A stretch of DNA of 41,568 nucleotides, from positions 1-41,568 of IMG/VR virus record IMGVR_UViG_3300025723_000077. One strand, written 5' to 3'. Below the pieces are notes generated by a model. It was given only the letters and a program-made list of their open reading frames with translations. It was not told the DNA's origin and searched no databases. The position numbers and the translations under genes were made by a program. Every line of letters starts with the position of its first letter. Positions within the stretch are counted from its first letter, which is position 1. Of this stretch, positions 1 to 8,583 are shown piece after piece. This DNA is from a virus. Taxonomy: Duplodnaviria; Caudoviricetes.

Positions 1-492
1 TCCAGCACGCCATGCTTGGAACGGGGTAGCATTAGGGTATGTAGTTGAATAACAATCATGCATAGCCCAATAGTTAGGATAGAAACAAAACTCTACATCA
101 TTCTCGTCGGTGCCGTCTGAGTTTTCGTGTGTACGCATATTATATATAAACTCTCGGGTCCACGAACTCATTCCACCGTTACCATACATAAGCCCGTTGA
201 TAGCGTTACGAGCTCGCCAACGAAAAACACAATCTCGGTTAGTGTCTGTTAATTGTAGTTGGAGATTAAAGAAATCAGGATCTGGAATATTATCACCATC
301 GATAAGAATAAAACGCTCAGTATCACTTGCGTCAGCGGCCGCCTTGTGTGCAGCATCTGAACCTTTAATGCCATCTACTCGTTTTGCCCAAGGCACCATA
401 TTTGAGATTTTGATCCAAGATTCTTCTTTACGTGGCTCGTCATAAGTTAAAAATATACAGTCTAAGTCTGCTACATCAATTATTTCGTTCAT
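1..492 (-). CDS. Glycosyltransferase-like protein (GT-A-type DxD), runs off the left window edge
   Basis: Not in the ORF track; manual translation from ATG at 492 gives MNEIIDVADLDCIFLTYDEP...RVDGIKGSDAAHKAAA...FILIDGDN..., open to position 1. It has a hydrophobic strand followed by DGD and overlaps the upstream gene's stop. Confidence 0.7.
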   Translation of the reverse strand, partial: MNEIIDVADLDCIFLTYDEPRKEESWIKISNMVPWAKRVDGIKGSDAAHKAAADASDTERFILIDGDNIPDPDFFNLQLQLTDTNRDCVFRWRARNAINGLMYGNGGMSSWTREFIYNMRTHENSDGTDENDVEFCFYPNYWAMHDCYSTTYPNATPFQAWRAG

Positions 493-838
493 AGTATTCT
501 GTGTTGTTATATTCTTCGCCCAACTCTAGTATGAGTCCAGCATGATTTTTTATTACTTGAAATCCAGATTGGCTAGATCTTAACCTAACCCTATATCCCG
601 CATCTGAATTTTTTAATTGTAAACGATCATCCTCTACATAGTAAAGACCAAAATTTTCATAAATCTTTTGATCAACTACAATATATGGTAAATCAAGTTT
701 TTCATCATTGGCTAATTGTGTACCAGCTACAATGTCGCCTGCAGGGTTGTAATATAATCTATATTCATTAGTGGGTGGTATTACGGGTTTAACCAAACGG
801 TTAACTTCATCCCAAAATGCTTGTTCTTCTGGACTCAT
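476..838 (-). CDS. Hypothetical phage protein (~120 aa) in the glycosyltransferase cluster
   Basis: ORF 476..847; likely start MSPEEQ at 838; overlaps both neighbours. Confidence 0.7.
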   Translation of the reverse strand: MSPEEQAFWDEVNRLVKPVIPPTNEYRLYYNPAGDIVAGTQLANDEKLDLPYIVVDQKIYENFGLYYVEDDRLQLKNSDAGYRVRLRSSQSGFQVIKNHAGLILELGEEYNNTEYYERNN

Positions 839-1673
839 AATATTCAATTAATTTTTTAGTAGCGTATTTCTTATCGTAATAGTGTACTGGATGATATTGA
901 TTTAAATTGTTAATTCTAATCATATCTTCGTCACGTTCGTGCATAACTGTCTTTAACCAAGAATGGTCATCTGACCAACCTTGCGCTCCTGGCTTCATGT
1001 GTACAAAGTTAATAAAATCCATACTTGGTATTGTACATGTTTCTACACCAACTATTAATGCTGTTACGGCATAAAGTACATCAGTGCTAGGAGTTTCTTC
1101 TCTACAATTTTTTAATATTTTATCTTTTAATAATGCCCAATTTGCTTGTACATCTTGCGCTGTACGAAAAAATTTTGCAGCTTCGGCACTAAATCTAAAA
1201 TACATTAGTCCATTATAAACATCGGGCAATTGATTATCATCAAAGAAATGTCTATATTTGCGAACAGTACTTAATTCCTGACGATAATCTCTCATACCTG
1301 TGCTTAGTACCATGTTGCGTAGTCTAAATGCTGTCCACCAATGGTCAATTGATCGTGTAAACAACAAGTCTGATTCTAGTTTAATAGTTTCTTTAAACGG
1401 TGTAAGAGTAAAGACCTGCCATTCGTTAGCCAGCTTCCAAGTACTGGTACTAGCATTATAGTCCACGGGCAAATCAATAATATAATCAAACACAAGACGA
1501 TGGCGTTCATCAATTTTCTCCTTAGTTGCAGCATCTACTATTACTGCGTAGCTATTAATTTTTTGTGTTGCCTTAACATTTAAAGCCTGTAGATAGGCAA
1601 GTTCTAGGTAATCCACAGAATCTGTGTTTTGTGCAAAGGTTACAAAACCCTGTTGTTCTTTATGTTGGCTCAC
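807..1673 (-). CDS. Glycosyltransferase-like protein (GT-A fold, GT8-like)
   Basis: Motifs YLELAYLQALNVK, TPFKETIKLESD (DxD-like), PDVYNGLMYF, STDVLYA and HMKP. Likely GTG start at 1673 overlapping the upstream stop. Confidence 0.7.
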   Translation of the reverse strand: MSQHKEQQGFVTFAQNTDSVDYLELAYLQALNVKATQKINSYAVIVDAATKEKIDERHRLVFDYIIDLPVDYNASTSTWKLANEWQVFTLTPFKETIKLESDLLFTRSIDHWWTAFRLRNMVLSTGMRDYRQELSTVRKYRHFFDDNQLPDVYNGLMYFRFSAEAAKFFRTAQDVQANWALLKDKILKNCREETPSTDVLYAVTALIVGVETCTIPSMDFINFVHMKPGAQGWSDDHSWLKTVMHERDEDMIRINNLNQYHPVHYYDKKYATKKLIEYYESRRTSILG

Positions 1674-2508
1674 AGATTGTATCCACAAATTGTTTAAAAT
1701 CAGGCGACAGTAAATATTGTTTATCTAACACATGTACATTCTGTCTTGGTAATACTGTAGTCAATGGCCATTTGTCTCCGAGAATAATTTTATGATTCAC
1801 CTTGATGAAACTTCCGCTAAAGCCAATACTTTCAACATCGTGATATAAACTAAGCATAGGCCACGGAATACCTTGATCCTCATTGAGATCGTATCCACTT
1901 AGTATTACATTAGCAATAGCAAATGCAAAATCATTTCTAAAATTAGCATGGCTAATATTATATAAAGCACAATAATAATTATAATTGCGTTGTATACGTC
2001 CTACCAATTCAAACAGCATACGGCCGCGTTCGCTTTTTCTAAATAACACTACAGTTGCCCAGACATGTGGCAAACTTGTATTACCCATGCTGTCATTGCT
2101 AGTTTCATATGGAGTTGTGTTTTTATGTTGTAACTTATAATCAAAATCTGTTGAAAACAATTTCAATAAACTATCGTCTAATACCAAATAGTCTGTGTCT
2201 AATAAAATAGTTTCTTCGTAAGGACTAAACTCATATGCCAAGTAACGACCAAAGTTTCTCCATTCTATAACTCGGCCGCCTTCTGACCCGCGACCGTTAA
2301 TTTGATTAGTGTCCTTGGGAATTCGAATAATGTGGTCGTAGTCAAACTCAGGTTTGCTGTCTGCATCAGTTACTAGTGTTACAGGCAGTCCGGTATTGTG
2401 TTTGATTAATCGGCTCGATTGATCCGCGATGGCAACATAATCCACTTTGGTGTTCAGAGCAAATACTATAACACCTCTAGACACGTCGGATTTTTTTGAG
2501 TTCTTCAT
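1660..2508 (-). CDS. Glycosyltransferase-like protein (GT-A fold), paralog of 807..1673
   Basis: RGVIVFA, SPYEETILLDTD (DxD), WATVVLFRK and FRNDFAFAIA; same layout as the neighbouring gene. Confidence 0.72.
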   Translation of the reverse strand: MKNSKKSDVSRGVIVFALNTKVDYVAIADQSSRLIKHNTGLPVTLVTDADSKPEFDYDHIIRIPKDTNQINGRGSEGGRVIEWRNFGRYLAYEFSPYEETILLDTDYLVLDDSLLKLFSTDFDYKLQHKNTTPYETSNDSMGNTSLPHVWATVVLFRKSERGRMLFELVGRIQRNYNYYCALYNISHANFRNDFAFAIANVILSGYDLNEDQGIPWPMLSLYHDVESIGFSGSFIKVNHKIILGDKWPLTTVLPRQNVHVLDKQYLLSPDFKQFVDTICEPT

Positions 2509-2791
2509 GCTGTTGATGCCACGTGTTCATAACTTTTTGGTAATGTTGTTGTGCTATTACTAAAAATACATGCCTATCAATTTGAATAGGATTTCCATAT
2601 ACGTCTTCTAAATACATATCGTCGATTGGCCAGCCTTGCATAAAGGCCAACAATTCCGGAGTAACTTTAAACAGTCCACCTTTGTGTGCAATATGTAAAT
2701 CCGTTTGGATCTTTTCGCGAAGGATGCGTTTGTTTGCTTGATAATCTGTAGCACGTCGCACTTCTGCGACAACATTATTTAGGTCTGTCAT
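2477..2791 (-). CDS. Hypothetical phage protein, 104 aa
   Basis: Clean ATG ORF; first gene after the sigma70-type promoter; overlaps the next gene. Confidence 0.75.
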   Translation of the reverse strand: MTDLNNVVAEVRRATDYQANKRILREKIQTDLHIAHKGGLFKVTPELLAFMQGWPIDDMYLEDVYGNPIQIDRHVFLVIAQQHYQKVMNTWHQQHEELKKIRRV

Positions 2792-2810
2792 AATTTATGA
2801 AAATGGATGT

Positions 2811-2834
2811 GATAAGCTAGTATACTAGCTTATC
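2811..2834. repeat. Perfect 24-bp palindrome GATAAGCTAGTATACTAGCTTATC
   Basis: The sequence is its own reverse complement and is centred on the -10 box. Confidence 0.95.
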
Positions 2835-2847
2835 TGATGAATGTCAA
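2819..2847 (-). promoter_or_regulatory. Sigma70-type promoter TTGACA-N17-TATACT
   Basis: On the minus strand, TTGACA at 2847-2842, a 17-nt spacer, and TATACT at 2824-2819, 27 nt upstream of the ATG at 2791. Confidence 0.8.
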
Positions 2848-2860
2848 CTTAATTTATTAA

Positions 2861-3871
2861 TTAAGCTACAGTAATAGTACCGTTTGGTGTACCCCAACTG
2901 TTAGTAGTTAGGTTAGTTGATTCCGGAGGAGTGATTGCTATTTGCTGAGGCCATGTAACGTTAATTGCATCTGAACTAATTGCACCTGCACCACCATAAC
3001 CTGCACCAGTATAGTAAACTGGTCGAGCTGCGGATGTTACAACAAAGTCAAAAGTAATTACGCTACCATTGTCACCGTTACCACTTACGTTAGTACCGTT
3101 TGTTCGCACAGAAACTGTAAGAGTGTCGCCGATGTAAGGATAACCAGTACTGGTAATAGATATAATTTGTGTACCAGCATTAAATGTACCAGTTGCTGGT
3201 AAATTCCAATAGCCCACGTTGGTGTTTTGTGATTCGGTCTGTCCTGTGCCGCTACGTCCGCTGTTGGTAGCTTGACGGAACCAGCTAATATTACCTAAGC
3301 TGTTAATCATTGTTAAGAAATCGGCGCCACGGTTTGTACCACCGTTGTTTACTGGTGTACCCGAAATTAGTGCAATTTGACCACCTGCGTTAAAGAAATA
3401 ACGAGCACAGTCGCCTGCACCGATACTGTTGTAGGTTGCAAAAGTTACACTACGACTAAACGACCAAGTAATAGCGTTAACGGTATTTGCTACGTTAACG
3501 TTTTGTTGAATTGCACTAGATGGACCATTTGTTGTACTACCACCGTTATAAACCAGGCGATTAGAATAGACGTTATTAATTGCAGTAGATAAACCGCTTA
3601 GATAGTTAGCTTGTGTACCAGGAGTAATAGTACTACCAGCAACACCAACACCAGTTTGTCCAGTGTGTGCTGCGGCACTATTAACATAGTTAACCATTGT
3701 TGACCATTGTCCAGCTGTTACTAAGCCAGTTTGACTTACTGTACCTAGTGCCGGCTGCCCCCAACCAGCATTACCCGATCCAGTTGCCCAAAATGCATTT
3801 ATCTGGCCTGAGCCGTTTGCAAAGTTGTTATAATCTGCGGCTGTAATTATCGAGCCTTGTGAATACGCCAT
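2861..3871 (-). CDS. Virion structural/tail fibre-associated protein, 336 aa
   Basis: MAYSQGSIITAADYN N-terminus and ARYFFNAGG motif; G/T/N/S-rich; late-type motif upstream. Confidence 0.6.
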   Translation of the reverse strand: MAYSQGSIITAADYNNFANGSGQINAFWATGSGNAGWGQPALGTVSQTGLVTAGQWSTMVNYVNSAAAHTGQTGVGVAGSTITPGTQANYLSGLSTAINNVYSNRLVYNGGSTTNGPSSAIQQNVNVANTVNAITWSFSRSVTFATYNSIGAGDCARYFFNAGGQIALISGTPVNNGGTNRGADFLTMINSLGNISWFRQATNSGRSGTGQTESQNTNVGYWNLPATGTFNAGTQIISITSTGYPYIGDTLTVSVRTNGTNVSGNGDNGSVITFDFVVTSAARPVYYTGAGYGGAGAISSDAINVTWPQQIAITPPESTNLTTNSWGTPNGTITVA

Positions 3872-3892
3872 AGTTTAATCCTGTTATATTAC

Positions 3893-3900
3893 TACTTATC
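3893..3900 (-). promoter_or_regulatory. Putative late promoter GATAAGTA
   Basis: Recurrent motif upstream of structural genes; resembles the T4 late promoter TATAAATA. Confidence 0.55.
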
Positions 3901-3913
3901 TATTTTAATACTT

Positions 3914-5923
3914 TTAATTAGATTTTGCTTTCAGAATATCTAATTCTGCTTTTAATTCTGCAATAGCTGCAAATGCTAACGCACTTAGCTTGGCATAGTC
4001 AACCGCCAAGCTGCCATCTTCGCGTGTACGACTTGCTAGTGGGAAATTAGCCTTGACTTTTTGTGCTATTACACCAAAATCTTCTTTTTGCACAAAATAT
4101 CCGTCAACACCGCCTTTAGACTCAACATATGAGTCTGTCCAGTCGAATAAATCGCCACCAATTGCTAGCACAGTATCTAGTGCGTTTGGTATAGGACGAA
4201 TGTTTTCTTTAAATTTGATGTCCGATGAATAATAAGCACTGATATTGTTTGTGGCACGAATTTCGCCTGTTGTTCCACTTGCGCCTGTACCAACGCCAAA
4301 TGATCCGAACTGTACGCCAGCACCAGTATGAATGGCCTGTGGCAAACTTAATGTTACACCGCCGGTCCCAGAACTTGCTATAACCTGATTTGATGTGCCG
4401 GTAATAGATGCTACGTAGCTTGTTCCAGCGAATCCAATTGATACCGATCCACCTAAGGCTACTGTGCCGCCACCGCTTAATCCTCCGGTAACGTTAACAG
4501 TAATCGAATTATTGCTTAATGCACCATTTGGAATACTTGAAAAGTTTGTACCTACAAAGTAAGGTGCAGCATTTTGGGCAATGGATTGATTAATTGTATA
4601 ATTTCCGCCGCCGATTGTTAATGTGTTTGTTCCGTTGTTAACACCAGTACCACCATATTGTGGTTTAACAATCGTACCACTCCACTGACCTGCAGTAATG
4701 TTACCAACTGTAACTAAATTGCTTGCAGAAGTTACGTTTGGCTGGCTAGCTGTTTGTAATGTGCCAGTTATATTAGTTGCTGAAAGATTAACACCAGAAA
4801 TTGTACCAGTGCTTGTTAAATTGTTTGTTGTTATATTTGTATTAGCTACAATGTTGCCAGCAGTTGCGGTAGTAAATACACCGGTACTAGGAGTAGCATT
4901 ACCAATTGGAGTATTATTAATACTTGCAAATGTTTCGTTGCCAATGTTGGCAATTTCTAAACCGTTGTATTTTGCAAATCCTGTTAAACTTGTTGTGCCG
5001 TTAGTCTGTAAATTAATTACATTGCCTAGGCCTGTTACGTTTGGTTGATTGGCAGTTAATAACACACCTGTGATTCCAGATGTTGCTAAAACGTTAGCTG
5101 CTTGCAACGAATTAGTATTAACTGTTGTAGCTGTAACTGTTGTTCCTGTTACGTTACCTGTAATGTCGCCGTTGAATGCGGCATTAACTGTACCGGCATT
5201 AATTGTGCCAGCGGTTGTAGTACCAGGGGCACTTAAATTTATTACATTGATACTGCCAGTTGAGTCACGCAAGACTAAGTTACCTGGCGTTGGATTAACA
5301 TCTTGTGTGTTTAATCCCATTACCTGTGTGTTGGTTGTACTAAAATTAAATCCTGGCTTAATTTGAGCAAAGCCACTTAACGAACTGTTGAATCCGGACT
5401 TACTAAAGATACCATAAATTGTACCAAAAATCTTAAACTGTATAACTGTATAAGGTTGCCCGGACAATGAGTCTGTCATGTTAGCCGGGAAAGCACCAGT
5501 ATCACCTGTTGCCGGAGTTTGTGTTGGTCCAATTAACTGCCAAGAACTGCCAGTATACACCTTAAGCTGGCTGTTTGTTGTATCAAACCATAAGTCACCA
5601 CCAAGTGTACTTAGGTCGCCAGGAGGACTACTGTATGGGCTACTGGTAGCACCAGTAGAAATCTTCCAACTTGATCCCGAATATACTTTTAAAATATTAT
5701 TTGTAATGTCCCACCATAGTTGTCCTTTAAGTGGATTAGGAGGACTTGAAGTTGATGCAAAATTTTCCAGTAAATGTATAAAATTGTCATTTAAAAACTG
5801 GCCGTAGCCCGAGTAATCTTTACCAATTAAGGTAAGGCTAGAATGAGAAGTATCAACTGCGGCTGGAGATAACCCGCCTGGTATTAGTGATGTTCCGTTA
5901 GTTAAGTTAATTGTATAAGCCAT
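3914..5923 (-). CDS. Tail fibre protein with C-terminal intramolecular chaperone (Peptidase S74-like)
   Basis: Shared N-terminal LTLIG.DY.GYG..LN.NF.HLLENFA...GQLW block, beta-rich T/N/G shaft, and C-terminal SSDIKFKENI...FDW...FGVIAQ...VDY plus coiled coil. Confidence 0.85.
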   Translation of the reverse strand: MAYTINLTNGTSLIPGGLSPAAVDTSHSSLTLIGKDYSGYGQFLNDNFIHLLENFASTSSPPNPLKGQLWWDITNNILKVYSGSSWKISTGATSSPYSSPPGDLSTLGGDLWFDTTNSQLKVYTGSSWQLIGPTQTPATGDTGAFPANMTDSLSGQPYTVIQFKIFGTIYGIFSKSGFNSSLSGFAQIKPGFNFSTTNTQVMGLNTQDVNPTPGNLVLRDSTGSINVINLSAPGTTTAGTINAGTVNAAFNGDITGNVTGTTVTATTVNTNSLQAANVLATSGITGVLLTANQPNVTGLGNVINLQTNGTTSLTGFAKYNGLEIANIGNETFASINNTPIGNATPSTGVFTTATAGNIVANTNITTNNLTSTGTISGVNLSATNITGTLQTASQPNVTSASNLVTVGNITAGQWSGTIVKPQYGGTGVNNGTNTLTIGGGNYTINQSIAQNAAPYFVGTNFSSIPNGALSNNSITVNVTGGLSGGGTVALGGSVSIGFAGTSYVASITGTSNQVIASSGTGGVTLSLPQAIHTGAGVQFGSFGVGTGASGTTGEIRATNNISAYYSSDIKFKENIRPIPNALDTVLAIGGDLFDWTDSYVESKGGVDGYFVQKEDFGVIAQKVKANFPLASRTREDGSLAVDYAKLSALAFAAIAELKAELDILKAKSN

Positions 5924-5929
5924 ATCGTA

Positions 5930-5937
5930 TATTTACC
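5930..5937 (-). promoter_or_regulatory. Putative late promoter GGTAAATA
   Basis: 6 nt upstream of the ATG at 5923; part of the 14-mer GTATATTTACCGGT also found at 41404-41417. Confidence 0.55.
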
Positions 5938-5943
5938 GGTTGT

Positions 5944-7917
5944 TTAAAACACTTTTTGTATGTAGCACAGCGCATAGTATGGAGGACGATTATCAAGTGG
6001 TTGACTAGAACCCGTTGTGGCTGTATTTCCTGTTAGATTAATAACGTGCTGGTGATCAGCAGCTGCTACTAGACTAATACCAGTATATGATGTGGTTGTT
6101 GGCCATGTCCAAACAGTTCCTTTTCCACCAATTTCGTCTTGTGATCCGAGATAGTCAATGCTACCGGGAGTACGATTATCATATTGACTACCGTGGTAGT
6201 GTCCAGGATCTGTTACTGTATGTGTATGGCCACCTGCTGAATTAGTGTTTCCTGTTACTGTATATGCGTGTGAGTGTGTTGGTAATTGTCCTGTAGTAAT
6301 TGACGGGAAAGCATTGCCTCCGGTTGTTCCTACATTATATGTGCCGCCTGTGTCACCTGTTGCACCAATAATGAATTGTCCGCGCAAATCTGGAGTGGTG
6401 CTACCATTTACTGTCTGACCATTACACAATGCCCATCCTGTGGGTATAGCACTAGCGGCGCCGCTCCACATAACAATAATACCCTTAGGCATAGCGGTTT
6501 GCACAAAGCCAGTGGTTGCCACGGCTGTGTTACTTGTGCCGATTGGCAATGTGGCTGTTACTGTATTAACTAATGTTGATGATGCAATAGTAGAATTAGA
6601 TACGGTTGCATTAGCAATACTACCCGATGCAGCTTGTAGATTGGCCACAGTTGCTAGAGAAATTGTACTGTTTGTTGAGGATAAGTTGGTTAGTCCAGTT
6701 ACATTACCGCCGGTAATTTGTGCACCGGATGTACTTAATGTTGTTGCTGATAAATTAGTAGTTGTAATTGAACCAATGTTATATAAGTTACCGCCAGTTA
6801 CTTGAGCATTAGATGTTAAAAGATTTCCAACTGTTGCTGTTGATGCTGATAGTGCAGTTAGTACACCGGTTGTAGCAGATACGTTAGATAGGCCAGTTAG
6901 ACTACCGCCGGTGATTTGTGCATTTCCACTTGATAAGTTAGATAACTGTGCTGAAGTAGCAGATGCGTTAGTTAGGCCGGTTACATTGCCGCCGGTGATT
7001 TGTGCCGTACCTATAGCGGCAGTTGAAAATTGTGCAGAGGACGCTGATAAATTTGAAATTCCTACCAGGTTACCACCATTAACAGTTAAATTGTCTGCTA
7101 ACAAATTAATAATATTTGCTGTAGTAATAGTTGCTTGTGTACTGTCTAGTTGTCCAGTTAATGTAGTTGCCGTTACGGTTGTAGCGTTAACATTACCTGT
7201 TAGTGTTCCAACTAATGTTGTTGCTAAAACATTACCTGTTAAATTACCAACAACATTACCGGTAACAGTTCCAGTTAGACTACCCACAAATGCGTTGGCA
7301 CTTACACTGGTGGTTAACGAATTATTAAACTGAAGACCTGGGCTAATAGTAGGGAATCCAGGAATAGCTGGACTTGGGTAAAAAGTTGGATCAGAACTTA
7401 GTGTTGCAATGACCAAATTACCATATTGAAGTTGTAGAAGATTGTGTGTTACACCAGTTGTAGCTTGATCGTTTGTAGTAACCGTAACGGCGCCAGATAG
7501 ACCTTGAGCACGTGTATATTGCGGACCAACTAAACTATAAGTAGGTGTGCCGCTGATATTAGTGTAAACAAATAACTGGTTTGTTGCTGTATTAAACCAT
7601 AAATTACCATTTTGTATATTAACTGGTTGTGAGCCGGACACAATAATGCCCGATGTGGGCAAATAACCCTGGCTCGTAAACACGTTTAGGGTTTGATTGC
7701 TTTTGTTAAACCATAGTTGTCCCTGCAAACTTGTCCCTGCAGGTGCCGAGTTTGATGCAAAATTCTCTAGTAGATATACTAAATTCTCGTCAAGGCGCTG
7801 TCCATAACCTACATAATTAGGACCTGGTAAGTTTAAATTTGTACTGTTAGTATTAACCGACCCGTCAGGAATACTAAAAGTTATTGACCCGTCGCTATTT
7901 GTAAAATTATAAGGCAT
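5944..7917 (-). CDS. Tail fibre protein with C-terminal tail-collar/receptor-binding tip domain
   Basis: Shared N-terminal block, AQITGG repeats, PKGIIVMWSG..IPTGWALCNG..TPDLRGQFIIGA, HxH motifs (HSH, HTH, HYH, HQH) and NRPPYYALCYIQK end. Confidence 0.85.
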   Translation of the reverse strand: MPYNFTNSDGSITFSIPDGSVNTNSTNLNLPGPNYVGYGQRLDENLVYLLENFASNSAPAGTSLQGQLWFNKSNQTLNVFTSQGYLPTSGIIVSGSQPVNIQNGNLWFNTATNQLFVYTNISGTPTYSLVGPQYTRAQGLSGAVTVTTNDQATTGVTHNLLQLQYGNLVIATLSSDPTFYPSPAIPGFPTISPGLQFNNSLTTSVSANAFVGSLTGTVTGNVVGNLTGNVLATTLVGTLTGNVNATTVTATTLTGQLDSTQATITTANIINLLADNLTVNGGNLVGISNLSASSAQFSTAAIGTAQITGGNVTGLTNASATSAQLSNLSSGNAQITGGSLTGLSNVSATTGVLTALSASTATVGNLLTSNAQVTGGNLYNIGSITTTNLSATTLSTSGAQITGGNVTGLTNLSSTNSTISLATVANLQAASGSIANATVSNSTIASSTLVNTVTATLPIGTSNTAVATTGFVQTAMPKGIIVMWSGAASAIPTGWALCNGQTVNGSTTPDLRGQFIIGATGDTGGTYNVGTTGGNAFPSITTGQLPTHSHAYTVTGNTNSAGGHTHTVTDPGHYHGSQYDNRTPGSIDYLGSQDEIGGKGTVWTWPTTTSYTGISLVAAADHQHVINLTGNTATTGSSQPLDNRPPYYALCYIQKVF

Positions 7918-7937
7918 ATTTTTTTCTCTTTATACTA

Positions 7938-7945
7938 TACTTATC
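7938..7945 (-). promoter_or_regulatory. Putative late promoter GATAAGTA
   Basis: Intergenic; identical to the motif at 3893-3900. Confidence 0.55.
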
Positions 7946-7958
7946 TAAAACCGCCAAT

Positions 7959-8261
7959 TTAAGAAGTTGGCCCATCTATTGGCTGTAGTCCGCCCCACGA
8001 TATTGCTAAAAAACCACCAGCTCCGTTGCCACCTGTCCAGTTTAGAGGGCTTGCATAGTTAGTAAACCCAGCCCCACCGCCACCTGCGCCGTATCCTGCT
8101 CCATCTTTCCCGTTACTATCCCCAGGCACACCAGCTGCGCCGCCTGTTCCAAAGGGATTGCTTCCACCTACACCGCCGGCGCCCGATTCTTCAGTTTGAC
8201 CGTTATACCCGTCTGCGCCAGCTTGACCGCTCGGTACCCCACCTGCTCCGCCACCTGCCAT
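7959..8261 (-). CDS. Glycine-rich protein resembling the C-terminal half of a phage Gly-rich fibre domain
   Basis: AGGAG Shine-Dalgarno 6 nt before the ATG; YGAGGGGA...GGNGAGGFLAISW ending typical of Gly-rich fibre domains. Confidence 0.7.
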   Translation of the reverse strand: MAGGGAGGVPSGQAGADGYNGQTEESGAGGVGGSNPFGTGGAAGVPGDSNGKDGAGYGAGGGGAGFTNYASPLNWTGGNGAGGFLAISWGGLQPIDGPTS

Positions 8262-8262
8262 A

Positions 8263-8574
8263 TTATACTCCTAGTTCAGATTCTAAAGAATCTAACATTG
8301 CTAAAATTTTATTAATTGCTTCGTCATTATTGCCAGCCTTTAAGCTATCAACAATTCCTTTAATATAAGACTCATAATGTTCATCCCAATACTCGTGTGT
8401 AAAATTTGGCTTGTTAGACAATTCTTGTATCAAACTTGCAGATCGCTGGTAATATTCAATGACTTTAGTAGGGTCGGACACAGACCTTAAATTTTGTAAT
8501 AATTTAATATCATCTTCTTTGCCATTACGCAATATTGCGCTGTATACTAAACAATTATGAGAATAACTTAACAT
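8263..8574 (-). CDS. Small helical protein resembling a stand-alone CFI-box-CTERM-like domain
   Basis: Pattern C-hydrophobic...DD..LL..LR.......IEYY..S..L......Y..YI..IV..L..G.N.EA; resemblance judged by eye. Confidence 0.5.
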   Translation of the reverse strand: MLSYSHNCLVYSAILRNGKEDDIKLLQNLRSVSDPTKVIEYYQRSASLIQELSNKPNFTHEYWDEHYESYIKGIVDSLKAGNNDEAINKILAMLDSLESELGV

Positions 8575-8583
8575 GTTCGCCCT

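Noticed and set aside
110-445. 111-aa plus-strand ORF in the track
   Set aside because: It is antisense to a convincing glycosyltransferase-like gene (1..492, minus) that the track missed because it is truncated by the window edge.
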